From Paecilomyces variotii (taxonomy: Eukaryota), in assembly GCA_004022145.1 (NCBI GenBank), contig RCNU01000015.1: 64,000 nucleotides of DNA; one strand, given 5' to 3'. Every line of letters starts with the position of its first letter. Within the stretch, counting starts at the first letter, position 1. The notes beneath the pieces were generated by a model. That model was given only the letters and a program-made list of their open reading frames with translations, ran no database searches and was not told where the DNA came from. Positions 1-13,238 of this stretch are shown one piece after another. The translations under genes and the position numbers were made by a program.

Positions 1-3000
1 GGACGCTTGTCGAGCTGCCTCTGATGATACTCGCGGGTCACCAGAGTCACCATGCCTTTCTCCAGATCGATGCGTTCCTCCCTGGATAATGTTGACCAGA
101 AAATAGTGAACAACGTAGTCCACAGCCTGTAAGCCACATTGGAATCCGTATGCTGAAGCTGGCAAAGCGGCTCCATTAAATCGCGGACACGAACATCGCC
201 CAATTCCGCCATGAACCGTCTGCGGTCCGCAACAAAGGCTTCCAGTTGATTATCAACAATGACATTTTCTTTATCTTTATCTGCGACACTGAAGAGGAAC
301 GAAACTGGATAGACCGTGAAGTCATCAGGGTGCAGCCTTGCTGGGCTTGCCATATCGATGCAGCCTATCACTAGATGTGATGCTTGAGAAAGCCAGAAAG
401 AGTCGGCAAGGGTATCCCAGTTCTGGGAGGTGAGAACGTAGCTCAGCCGAGAACTGGCCATGCGAGTTAGAGACCGATCGAAGATCGTCATAAAGCGGTT
501 GCGCATTTCGACGTCTTGTGCCCTGGTGCCGATCAAGAAAGCATGCTCCAGTCTAACAGTCAGCTCTGTCCGGGTGATCTTCGAGTCTTCGTAGATCCTT
601 ATGACCAGATCCAAGAATTTCTTTAGCATTGTTTGGTCTGGTCTAGACTCGAAGAGAAGCATCTTGTGCAACACCGCTGTTTTCTCCTTCAGCGTGGGCC
701 AGGATTCAGTAGAGTGGAAGATCCAAGTCTCGACCATTCCAAGAACCTTGCTGCACAGCTTGATATTCTGCGAGCGTTCGACCAACTGGGCCAGAACACT
801 CAAGAACGGACGTCTCTGTTCTCCAAGATGGGACATCCTTACGGAGATTAATTCGATTGTCTTGAAGATCAGATCGACGCCGATTTCAAATTCCTGCTGG
901 TCCGGAACACCCTCTGCAAGTTTGTTACCCGGAGGATACTGGCCAGGAACCTGGTTGTTGGTGTACGCTGCGACATGTTCCTTGGCAAGCTTCTGGGAGA
1001 AGGCCTTCATAACTTGGGGGATATGGGCATCCATCTCGGAAGGCTTGTTCTTGGAGAGAGTCCACAGAGTGTTCAGGCTAGAGATGTAATTGTTGGCTGA
1101 GAGACCCTCGGTTGCAATGGCCGACAAATAAGTGACGAACTCGGAAGATGAGTCGTCAACATCCATTCCGTCTTCTTCCTCGGGCTGATCGTCTGGCAAA
1201 GCATCAAGCACACGTTTGACTGGGGGCGGGAGCTTCGGGGAAATATCCATTTCATCTTCCAACCCGTGAAGTGACTCTTGGATTTCAGGATTATCTGACC
1301 GTAGAGGTTTCTCTAGAAGCTTTTGAATCAGTGGCAAACGGGCCATAATCCAATCGTCTGGCTTCGAGGCAAGCATAATCCGCACAACTTGCAGGGCGTT
1401 GATGATGCTTGTTGTGTGCTTTTCGTCCGGCTTGTCGGCCTTTTCACCAGCGAGTATAGGCTCCGTGACCTTTTGATAGAGGTCGATGTCAAGGTCGCTC
1501 CAGTACTCAGGTGACATTAGATCCCGCAGGAGCTGGACGGCTTTTTTGATCATTTCTCCGCTCAAAACTGGGGGTTGAGGCTTGGAAGAAGGAAGGTCCC
1601 GAAGCTTGAACGCAGGTACAGGGAACCGTTCCGGTATCGTTGTAATAAATGTTATCAGATATTTGACCATGGCGGCCCGGAGGTCATGAGGAGCCAGATA
1701 CTCTGAGCGTTCGCGCATATTTGGTGGCGCGAGTGCAGCCGAAGGAGAAGCGGAAGCTGTTTGCGTGTCCTCGAACTTGCGCTTTCTTCCACCCGGTGAT
1801 TCCGTAACGCTATTCGATGTCGCCGTATAGCCCTTCACTCTCTTCTGCTCCCAGTGCCAGATAAGGCCAATTAGATTAAGAGCGAGCTTTTTGCTCTCGT
1901 TAGAAGGGTTAGGTGGTGCCGCAATCTTGATTAGAGACGGTACAATGAGAGGCACAAAGTGTTCTCTGGACTCGTAAAACAGATCCGGTTGTCGCACTAG
2001 GAAGTGGAAGATACTCATAACCTGCTGCAGATTCGCAGTCTCTTCTGCGAGAATGCGACGAGGCCACTTCGCCCACAACGGATACCGAAGGTCTGCAGCT
2101 TGGTTGTTGCTAGTGGATAGGATTCTCTTCGGCAAAACGGGGGCCAAAACGTCCAGAGCTTGGGTGACAAGAGCTTTGCCTTCGTTCTGATGGGCCCTCA
2201 ACAGGGCGACATATACCTGGACCACGATCTTGGATGGGGTCTCGTAATGCGCTATGAAGTAGCTGATAAGAACATAGGCACCGTATTTGTTGATGATATC
2301 TTCCAGGCGGATGTAGTTCCACGCGAACTTGATGATATCCTTTCGAGAATCCTGTACGGTCTGGTGGTGGTACTTTATGAGAAGGGCGGACAGTTGTAGA
2401 AGCTCCATTCTAGAATGATCAACGCCAGGTTGGTTCGATTCTTCGCTGATATCTCCCAACTGAGGTCTCCAGAGGCGACTCTGGATTGACTCGGTCATGC
2501 TCTTGTCCATGAGTTTCGGGCTGTTAGGCGGACTGTTCCACGTAGTCTTGACATCCATGGCGAAAATGGGATTGACCAAGTTGTGGAACGCGTAGGTTTT
2601 CGTCCTCTGTGAAGAGTTGCGCTGACCATAGAGATCCAAGCACCGCATAATAACCGACCGTCTGTAGTCGATCGACTCATTCGTGATAATATGCTTGTAA
2701 ATGAACTTCGGGAACGCCAATGTGCGCTTCAATGCATCTGCAGATAGGGCATCAATTATCTCGAAAAGGAAGTCAAGGTCCTGCAGGGACTCCGAGAGGT
2801 AGATCGTGAAGACCTGCATCAACTGGTCCTCAGCCTGTTCAACCCTCAGTCTCTCATTAGCAGGTAATTTATCGCCCCGAAGCTTGATTTCAAGGTCTTT
2901 TCCTGCGCTTAGCACACGAGACCTTAGATCTGGCTGCGACACAAGCCACTTTTTAGTAGACGGATATGAGCATATCGAATGCACAGCATAGATAGCATTG

Positions 3001-6000
3001 ATCGCTGCCGTATTCTTGCCGTCAGTCGCCTCCTGTCCAAAACCTGCCGCTATGAAACCTTCTGTGTCTGCAACCAACGCTGATCGCAGTGCCTCGCTTT
3101 CAGGGTCCGCTAAAACCTGCCCGAAGAAACGACCATATCGCTCCTCATGGAATCGGGCTTGAAAGAAGGTCCAACTTTCCTTCGGATAGCGATTCAAATA
3201 CTTGACAAGCGGCTTCCTGAACGGACTGTTCGAAGTGCGCCGAAGCTTTCCTTCGAGGTCCAAGACCTTGTTCACGAGATGTTCCATAAAAGAGGTCGCG
3301 GCCGGTGGGAGAAGGTGGAATATGTTGAATATCGCTGCAACTATCTTCATGGGGGCACTTTGTTCAACCAGACTGAAGGAAACTCTCTGCAACGTCGCAT
3401 CATCCGCAATCATCTTCATATGATCAAGAAGTCGGGCACCGATCTCCACCTTGAAGTAATTCGTTAACAGCGTCAAGAGTCTCGCTAATCCATCTAGACC
3501 CGCGACACTCAGGCGCTTGGGGTCCTGCAGGTTCATTAGGATAGGACGGAGACCATTCTGGAGAAGATCTTTCGGGAGTTTGTTGGTCTGTGTGAGGACG
3601 TCCCTCAACCCAGCATTGGCTGCATCAATTACCTCTAGAGACCGAGAATAAAGTGACTTGAAAAACACCGAAATGATACGCGCGCGGCTGGTATTCTGAG
3701 GTGTATTTGCAAACTCGGGGAAACTCATAGCCATAGATAGGAGACGGAGGCAGGCCACGCGCAAGTTGACAATCATTTCTGCGTTTTTGAATTCATTGGG
3801 CTTCGAGGCAAGAGACTCATCGTCCGCGTCCGCCAGAGCCAGAGACTCTAGCATTAGCCGATTCAATGGATCATTGAACGTAACGATATTGTTATGCAGA
3901 CCCAGGCAGAAAGTTATAGCTTCGATAAAACCTATCTGAGTGGGGAACGGCAGTGCACGCAGAGGTTTATTGAAGATGGACTGCAACAGACGCTCCTTGA
4001 CTGGGAACATGAGCTCGTGGATTTCACAACCGATCACTCCAGCGATGGTAGAGAAGCTACGCTGAGACGACTCGCGCACATATTTGTTCATATGTGCAAG
4101 TTCATAAATGAAGAAGCCGCACAACAGGTAGAGTCTGCTCTTCTCATTCTTTAAATCGTCCTTAGAGAAGTTCTTGCTGCAGCGCTTGAGAATAAGATCT
4201 AGAGTCTCCTGTGCCCGAACACGCGTACTGGCCGGAAAGTCTGACGGCGTGTCTTTGATGACATACATCAGAGCTCGGACGAACTCTGCCTGCTTGTCGT
4301 ATAGCCATGCATCGCCCAAGTCGAGCTCCGTGGCGAGAATATGGATACCAAGACTGCCTCCGGCCTTTGTAAACCATTCCTCGCTATAACAGCTATGGCC
4401 GAATGTGCGAGACAAATGTTGCCAGAAAGGTAGTTTTGGAACTCTTTCGGGGGACCCGAAAATGACAGCAGCTGCGTCCTTGATGACTTTCAGCGCAGTC
4501 TTGGCTGAGTCGCGGACGAGAGGATTGTCCGAAGAGAAACAGTCGACCACAACTTCGGCAAGCAGCCTGGAGTCCAGATACACAGGGCCTTCGCCACTTG
4601 CAACATCGAAGGGCTTGCGACTATGCCGAGCTTGCGCAAGGGAGCGACCGACCTCGATAACAACAAAGTGTTTACAGACGTCTGCTACGAAGGCAGAAGC
4701 TGTTTGCTCAAGATCGGGGATAGTAGTGGCAAGAAGGCAAGCCTTCAACAGCTTCTTCAGCGTCTCCTCTTGAGAGACTTTCTTTGGAATCGAACTAGAC
4801 CGTTCAGACTTCTCGAAAATGTCAGGAACACCGCCAGCTTTACCCTCAAACAGATCGTTGGCCTGTAGTCGAAGAAGAGAACCGAGATCTTCAGGAAGAT
4901 GCTCGAACCCGATGAAGAGCTTCAGCTGGGAGCTTAGCATACGATAGGCTTGTTGTTTATAGTAGCCATCTGATGCTTTCGCTGCTGGTGATTTAGGAAC
5001 CTCCAACAGCTTTCCGATGGCTAGATCAACTCCGATTTCAGCCGGGAAGGGACGCTTCTCGCTGGGGCCAATGAGTTTAATATCGAAGCTCGGCAGGTCA
5101 TCGGCGAATTGCTGGAAAGATAGCTCTGGTGGGTGGTTCAAGAACTTCCTGTTTCGGCCGCCCAACTTCCCGAGGATCCTCATTGTGGTGTGCGCATGGA
5201 AGTGACTATAAGGGTTCGGCCGTAGGTGGTCCCAAAGCGCTGTCATCAACTCATCCATGATGGGCGCCATGATCGGGTCGAGGTAGTCAGCGGTAAGGTT
5301 GTCCACGCAAAGTTCCAGTGTTCTGAGACCCTGTCCGACAAGGTCTGAATCAGCACGGAGGGCCACCACGATCGGCCGCATCAGATGGCTTAGATGGGGC
5401 AGGAGATGGCTCAGTCGTGCCGGGACAGTGAGAGTCAGTTCGACGTAAAGATCGCGTTCCTGGGGCTTGCGGGCTCCCATTAGCAGGTTGTTGAACGTCT
5501 CCAGCAACATTTCAAGGAGTGGAAGGATCTCCTTGTACAGCAACTCGAATCGTCCACCGCCGATGCTACGGAAAAGAGACCGCAGGAGCAGGAAATAGTT
5601 CATAGGCTCTTCTGCGGTCACCGAGAGTTCGATACATTTCGTCACTATCTTGGTGACGTGAGGGTGTAGAACCTGCTCATTCTGTACAGAAAAGAGAGTC
5701 ACAGCCATGAACGAGAGCTTGAACATCCTTAGCAGGATTTTAGCCTTGGTCATATCGGAGGTTCCGACTTCATGGATACGTTCCATCAGGTATTGCAGCA
5801 CCATTCCGGAAAACGCAGGAGAGGTGGCTTCGCTGGCTAGGAAGAACTGAGGCAAATGAAGTAAAGCACCATGTTCGAACATGAGCTCATGGAGATAAGG
5901 AATCTCGCTGTGGAAGACTTCGTGGAAGGTGGCGGTGTCAATACAGTGGAACACTGTGCCAAAACTCTCCAGAAGTTCCTTCTCTTCTCGAGTCATCGGA

Positions 6001-8005
6001 GCGGTGTATTGACTAGCAAGGAATTCGAAGGGCGAAGAGTATTGAACCTCTGGCTGAGTTTGATCCACACCATAGTAACGGAACACACGAGCACCTTCAT
6101 GGAAGAGCTTCTTGATCACCTTGACCTCTTCCGCATTGTAGCCATAGGATACTTCAGACCAATTGATGGGGACACTGTTGGGGTCAATCTGGATATGCTC
6201 CGGGTTGCAGTTCTTCAACTGATGGAAGATGTTCTTCAGGCCGTTGATGAGGTTCTTGAAGAGGAATAGATTGTCTGAGACGGGATCAGCACCGCGGTCA
6301 CGAGGGTTCGAAATCTTGATGGGTGCGGCCGAGAAAATGTCGATTTCGTCCCAGTCTGGAGGGGAGTCCTTGTTCGCAAGGAAGCTCTCCGAAGGCGTTT
6401 CGGTGCCTTTCTTATTCGCTCTGGACACCTTGACGGCGTTGTCGTATTGATGATTCATCGCAGCGAACTTATCACCGATAGCATCGAGGATCATGATCAA
6501 AAAATACCGCGCATCCTGCTTATCTTCTAGCTTGGATATCTTCTCGGCCATGTTCAACAGCAGCTTGGCGCTCATAGTCTGGAAACTTGTACCAGGGAAG
6601 TCATCGTGGAGATTCTTCGTGTACACTTCTACAGTCCTCCGGATTTGATCGCGATTCAGATGATCCCTCACATGATGGATCAGGTCCGCAAGCATGCTAT
6701 AAGCAAGAGGTCGCATAGTTTCGTAAACTGTGAGTCCATCACCGATCAAGGTCCGTTCGTCTAAGAGCTCGTCAATCTTTTCGAGGAATATCTTGCGGTA
6801 ATTGAAGTTAATTATATGACGAATCGCAACCAAAAGCTCTTTCCTAGCGCTTGACTTCTCTCGGGGACAATCTTGAAGTAGACGGACGACGACTGAAGGC
6901 AAGGTCGGAAGGAAATCTTGTAATTGGTGTGCGTACATTCGCAACAGATACGCCAAGAAGCTCATGGTCTTCACTTGAGCGGTAATGAATTCCCCAAAGG
7001 CAGCCCGGTTCTTTATCTCCTTGCAGACACCTGTGAAGATCTTTCCTTGGGCGGCGGCATCTGTGTGCGCTCTTTCCTGCGGTTTTGCTTGTAAAAGAAG
7101 AATGCTCTTGATTAGAGGAACAAAGAGCTTCACATTTGGGTTAACAGAGCTGCGGTGGGCCTGAAAAATGGAGACCACGATAATGGGGCATTCGGCCAGA
7201 ACCTTGAATGACTGCATGCCTTTCAACAGGTGGTGATTAGCCTGCTGATCGGGCCCCAAGTCTGCCACCGATGTTGCTGGTGAAGAGGGCCGCGGCGACT
7301 GGAAATTCTGCGAAGTTGTACTAGGCGTCGATGGCATTCCCGGCGTTGTGCCTTGGGCCGGCGTGTCAAACGTATCACGGACAACCTGTTCCATGCTCTG
7401 GAACATCTCCTGGATGAGCTCAAGAAAAGGCTGGACTTTTGACGCTGTGGCCTTGGCCTGGTTCCGCTCCAGGTCCATTATCGTCTTCATGCAGAGGACA
7501 GCATTTTCTTCGTTTTCAACACGCACCAGTCCCATCAGAACATCTACCATCTCAGCAGCGTAGGGTTCGACATCCGGGGAGGCCATCGGTAACCGGTGTA
7601 GCGTCTCGAGAATACAGTTCCTCATTTTCTGAAGACGTCCACTGGTGTTAGTGCCTTCATAACATCTTCACGTCTCTTTGCGACAAATCCCTTGACTCAC
7701 CTGCTCGTATGACATATTCGTAAACACAGGATCCCCCTTCAATATGTTCTTGAATATCGGCCACAGCTTCGCCAGGAAGATGGGGTAATTGGAACCTGAG
7801 CATAGCGGCTCGATATTATCCCGTAACTCGACCGCGACATTTGTTCTCACTCTGGTATCTACTCAAGGAGTCAGCAAATAACGTCCATTTGCAGTTCGCC
7901 AAAATCCCCGCAGTTCTTCCAGGCATGTGCAGCAAAATTTATGGGAACCATACCGATCTTCTCGTCTGCCAGCTTGCTGGCATAGGTATCGATATTTCGC
8001 TCCAT
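1..8005 (-). CDS. TRA1: Transcription-associated protein Tra1/TRRAP (SAGA/NuA4 PIKK pseudokinase), N-terminal ~2600 aa; 3' end beyond the window
   Basis: ATG at 8005 (MERNIDTYASKLADEKI); introns 7953-7859 and 7700-7629; then a long frame toward position 1. Segments read: KMRNCILETLHRLP, ENEENAVLCMK, GMQSFKVLAECPIIVV, RKELLVAIRHIINF, ELCVDNLTADYLDP, all typical of Tra1. Absent from the ORF track, consistent with it being open at the window edge. Confidence 0.95.
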
Positions 8006-8920
8006 TATTGCGACGACTGACGGTTCCCCCGCCCAGGGATTGCGGGCTGTTATAGTCGGATTGACTCACTGCCAGGCCACAAGGCCGGCTTAGAATGAAG
8101 GCACCAAGCAATGGATTCTGTTATCGTTGTTCACATGCGGAAGAGGAGCTTGAGAATGTCCTGATCTGGCTTGGTGATAAACCCAGAACACAAGTTGGAG
8201 GAAGCGACAATCAAGGTTTCGCAAGGTCATTAGGCGGAGCACATGTTACAACAATAAATAGGGTATCACAAAGGAATAAGGAGCGGCACGGCGAGACGTG
8301 GGAGTGGAGAGAAAGAAAGGAATCTGAGGCTTCTCGCCGTGATATGCGCGCGCGAGAGACCACGCCTAGAGCCTCAGAACAGAAACCAGCACAAGAACGC
8401 GGGCATCGCAGAGACCCTGAAAGGATGCGCTAGTCCGCAATAGGAAGTTCTGGGTTTATGTTTTTCCTTTCCGCTGACCGCGCGGCTCCTCGACCTATCA
8501 AAGTTGCTTCCAGGTACTCGCGCGCTTAGATCACGTCTCTTCATCACTACTGCCACAGGCAACAATATAAAATCTTTATGTAGTGTTATGCGATAGGTAC
8601 TTGAGGTATTTAAAGATCAAAAGGTCCGCCTGACATCTGGGTCGACGGACAACAACGCCGTTCACACCTGTTTTCCATACCCGAACACGGTTCTAAACGG
8701 TCCAACTCGAATGTGCGCTCAAAGATCACAGGCCCTCGGCAGGCACAGGAGAAGGAAAAAGAATTTCGAAGCGCATGTACACAAAACCGAAGGAGGAAAA
8801 AAGGTCAACAACAGAAATGAACATCATGACAGCGCGTATTCGCTATGCCCTCAATTGCAGAGCATTCAACCGAAAGAGACCCCCACTAGCCAGCCTATGG
8901 GACATTATCTGGCTGAGTTG

Positions 8921-11699
8921 CTACTTTCGAAATGCTACTGTCGTTGGACTTCTGGAACCTGAACCCAGAGAACTTCGCCGCTCTCCACGTAGACGAGCTT
9001 CGCTACCGCTGCCACTTCGCCTTCTCCGAGAGTCATCAAGGGACCCACGACGGCGTCTCTGGATCAAACGGACGTTTAGCCATAAGACTCATGACGGCTA
9101 TAGAGAATAAAATCATATCTTAGCAGCTGAAAGAGGGTATCGAAGGAAATGTGTATGCGCAAGGATGCGAGCTCTAGTCAAGAAACATCTTCAAATACTA
9201 ACCGAATTCTGTCGCTCGGGTTCTCGAACTCTCCTCTCCTTTCCAGGGCTCGATTCATCCTGCAGTTTCAATGCATTAAGCCTTTTCTGGCTATCTTGGG
9301 TTATTGGGTCGATGTCATCGGTGCGAGGAGTTGTGTCTGTAGCAGGAGCAGGGGCTTTCGCCGGAGAAGGAAGAAGGCCCTGCTTCCTCAGCTTTGCCTG
9401 TTCAGCGAGCTGCTCCCATCTCTGTTGCCGTGTCTTCTCGCGTTCATCGGCACTGTTCTGCTGCTCGTTGTATTCATGAGAACAGTCATCAAAAAGCTGT
9501 GGGTTTATTTCCATAAACAGTTTCATGGCATTGTATACCATGCTGTGGATCGTCCTGAAAGGCGGGGTAAGAGTAAGCGATGAACAGAGACTAGGATGAT
9601 AATAGCGATGACATACCTATTCCAATGTCCCTTTGAGTTCTCGTAAAGAGGGGCAAACATAATCGGCAGGATCGTCTCGACGTTATCGCTGACCAGGTTG
9701 CAGAAGTATTCATTGTTCCAGAAGTAGAGGGCGCGTTCAGCGACCTTTCTAGATGTTAGAACAGAGCATCAAATGTGATTATTCCGTGTGGAACGAACCT
9801 GGAAATGTGGGCTGGCTACTGATTTAGCCAGCTGCTGAAAAAGAGGCTCTTGGACCTTAGCGAATTCTGCGGGGTCCATGACTTCAAAGATATCTTCCAC
9901 TTCGTTCAAGAACATGACTTCTTTAGTACTGTTGACCTTAGGCCAGTAGCGGAGGAGACCAAGAACGACCTATTTGAATGAGTATTGTTCATCCACGCGA
10001 GTCAATATCAATCACCTACCTCCTCTGTCAAAGCCGCATCTTTCTCCAAAAATTGAACGATACAGTACGCGAGTTGCGGATGATACATGCTGAGACTCTT
10101 GACCTTGTGAAGGGGTATTAGAACTCTTGTCAGGAACAGCTTGTGCTCCTCCTTCAGCGGCAGGGCAAAGCCGTTGATTATGGACCCCAAAATCTCCAGC
10201 AGCTCGGCAATTCCATTGAAGCGTTCGGTCTCGTAAATGAACTGGAAGAATACGTTGTTGATTGAGCGACGGATAAAAGAGCGTAAGTTCAAAAACTTCC
10301 CGTAGATCCTGTGAAGGGTCGTCTTAAGGAAATCACGTTCTCTGGGATCTTCTGAATCGAAGAGTTCAAGTAGCTGGCAGTAACAGTTAGTCTACAACGG
10401 CGTCCGGGGTAACATGAATGAGATATACCTGAAGCACAAAATGGTGGTCAATGTAGGCTTTCGCGATATTTGTGTTGAAGTCCTGGCTCTCAATAAACCG
10501 AAGAAAGAACTCGTAGACCACTTGAATATGAGGCCACGCTACTTCGAGAACCGGCTCATCTTCCTCCGGGTCGAAAGCTTCCCCTTGGGGCGTGACGGGA
10601 GGTGGAATAGGACGGAACAGATTCTTCGCAAACATATCAACAACACGGGGATACATGGGCTCTGTGATGACTGAGCGGTTGTTGGCGACATAGTCCAGGA
10701 GCTCGTGGAGAGCCAGCCTCTTGATCTCCTTGGACTTCATGTCTTGAGTTGGGTCGTTGAAGTCGAAGATAATATTGCACTGGTCGATCTTCTGCATGAA
10801 GAGGTCTTGGCGGCGGTTTGGCGGCACTTCATGAAACCCGGGAAGCTTCTCGAGTTCTCTCTGGCGCTGGTCTGAGATATCAAATCTGGACGAATGTTGG
10901 CGCTTTGGTGTCCTGATACCCTCCTGGATATCCTTGGGGGTTGTCTGTAGCCGGTCAAAAGCATGGGACTTTTTCGGGGGCGCAAGATCACCTGGCATCG
11001 TCTCTGCTGCACCAGGAGGAGGGACATGCTTTAGAGATGAGAAACCGTCAGCTATCATATTACAAACATATCTAGACTGGCAACAATATCATAATGCACC
11101 CTTGCATGTTGATATCGAGACGACGGTTGTTGGTCGGGATAAGTGAACATACCGGTGCGCTTGGACTAATCACCACACTAGGAGCCATTGAGTGCCCTGG
11201 CCTCGTTGGGGTGGTAGGAGCATTGTTCGTATTCTGGGCCGCCGCAGGACTGGCGTTCTGCCCCGGGGGTATATAGTGTGGTCCGCCGGCGGCGGCGACG
11301 TTCGCGACAGGAGCTGCATTGGGGGTGCCAGCAGAAGGGAGGGGGCCACCTGAAATTCCATTATCCGCGGGATGAGCCGATTTGCTTCTCACATCATTGA
11401 CAGAACTGGTGGACGAGGTGGGTGTACCATGATGCGGGCTTGCCGCCGGGGACGGAGCCTGGGGCCCAGCGCTCGCGTTGGACGCTTGACTCTGAGATGA
11501 GTTATTCGAGGAGTCTTTCTTCTTAGAGGACTTGTTTGAATCTTTCGCCCTCGATAACTGTTCGTGCTGAGACGGTTAGCGACAATTGGAACATTACCCG
11601 CTGGGAGCGGGACGTCACGATAGAGCGCTGTTAGGGAGCGGGACGTAAAAGGGGTCACTTCCAAACAGGACTTACCACTCTCTGCCTGAATCCCTTCAT
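8921..11699 (-). CDS. RTS1: Protein phosphatase 2A regulatory B' (B56) subunit, Rts1/Par1/ParA type, multi-exon
   Basis: Exon 1 MKGFRQRV (11699-11676). B56 domain motifs: [86 protein letters not shown]. The last exon is ambiguous (see findings). Confidence 0.95.
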
Positions 11700-11843
11700 C
11701 TTGACCAGTATGATTGTCGGCACATGTACTGTGATACTGTCGCTGACACCGCTACAGCGGGGTAACGCACACTAAGCGGAGGTATTCTCCTGGAGGACAG
11801 GACAGGAGTTGAGGACCAGTGACGGAATCTGTTTATACCGGAC

Positions 11844-12095
11844 CTAGGCACGGCAATCGTTAGCTTGCAACTGAACAAAATCGAGTCAACCGTGCGATAA
11901 GTGAATAAAAGCAGCCTTGAGTAAGCTCGATACAGTAATTGGGATGGAAGATACACGTAGGTTGTGGGGATTCGTCGAGGTCCAAGTAGCTGCACAACGA
12001 GCACGCTCCAGACAGCACAGCACAGGTGTTGTTTCAATGTGTGAAGACAGGCGCAGGTAGTGACGGACGAAGTGTATCAATGCCGTCAAACGTAC
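11844..12095 (-). other. Probable 5'-UTR intron of the B56 gene
   Basis: Donor AAG|GTACGT at 12095, branch GCTAAC near 11860, acceptor CCTAG|G at 11844, all upstream of the start codon. Confidence 0.55.
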
Positions 12096-12862
12096 CTTGC
12101 AGTCCCCTCGAACTTGGTACTGGGGTATGGGGTAGAGTCTGGATGCTGTATAGGAACACTCGTAGTAGTAGTAGACTTGCTTAGGATCCGATCCGTCTCC
12201 GTGTCGCTTAGCGACAAGGCAGGCTGAGCGGGGACGACCCCAGTGCGATTTAGGAGATGAAACTGGCGCGATGAGACGCACTAAACGCGGAACCAACAGA
12301 CGCCCGGTCAAAAGAACGGTTTGTGTCGTGATGAACAGAACATCAAGGCCGAAAAGGGGGACTTTGGGAGGTTTGAGGAGGAGGGGTGTCCCGGTCAAGT
12401 CTGTTGTGAGGCAACGCGGAGGGTCTCTCGACAATAATGTCCAACCGGAGACGCCTTGAAATTCCAACGCACACGGGACTAGAACACAACGTCGAGCGAG
12501 AGTTGTGCCAATATGGAGTACAATTTACGCTCTGGCTTTCTGTATAATCCTATTCTGATTCTAAATTCCAATGACAGACTCCCGCATCTCAACGCTCTAA
12601 CGTTGGAGCCTTCTCCTTTTCCCACGGTTGTGGCGCATTTGATAGGCTCAGGCACAAGAATGTGCGATCGGCACAATTGCCATAGCTTAGTCATCTATGT
12701 TGTGGCTGTTGCATGCAGGTTTTGAGATGCGCAGCCCAGCGAGAGTTTGCAGCAATTATCTTGGGTCTTCAAGTTTTAAGAGTCACTGCATACCTGACTG
12801 TTCTATATCAATATATCAATATATCAATAATCTATACAGTAAAGAGTCTTGTAATGGAGTTG

Positions 12863-12888
12863 CACGTGGTGACGAAAGGTCACGTGAC
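12863..12888. promoter_or_regulatory. Two CACGTG E-boxes, one a 10-bp palindrome GTCACGTGAC (Cbf1/bHLH-type site), in the divergent B56/TFIIIC intergenic region
   Basis: CACGTG at 12863-12868 and GTCACGTGAC at 12879-12888. Confidence 0.4.
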
Positions 12889-13238
12889 GATGATAGGTGT
12901 TTCCTCGGAAGCAGCAAGATAGGACATAATAGTTGCATCGTGTGCTGTTACTGGCATTCGCATGTATTTTCTTGGGGATCCGAAATATATATTGTATCTC
13001 TCTTCATCGTGGTCCTTCATGGGCTGCTATTGGGCTTCCTTGGAGGCATTCATATGATTGTGAACGTTAGTGTACTGGCTGTTTAAATATTTGAGTCGTA
13101 CATTTTCGACTGTACATGCACTTTGTCTGTCGGCCATTTCCAGCACGTATATGAGTACCACCATCCTACCCTGACAGACTCCCTCAATAATTGTCGTGTG
13201 CATTCACCTCCTGCTCCTCTTATTCACCGATATCAATC

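Noticed and set aside
12804-12827. Short repeats: (TATATCAA)x3 here, (TCAAACG)x~3 at 21915-21934, and a 13-bp direct repeat GGGAGCGGGACGT at 11603/11634
   Set aside because: Ordinary slippage or local duplications; no repeat-spacer array, so not CRISPR-like.
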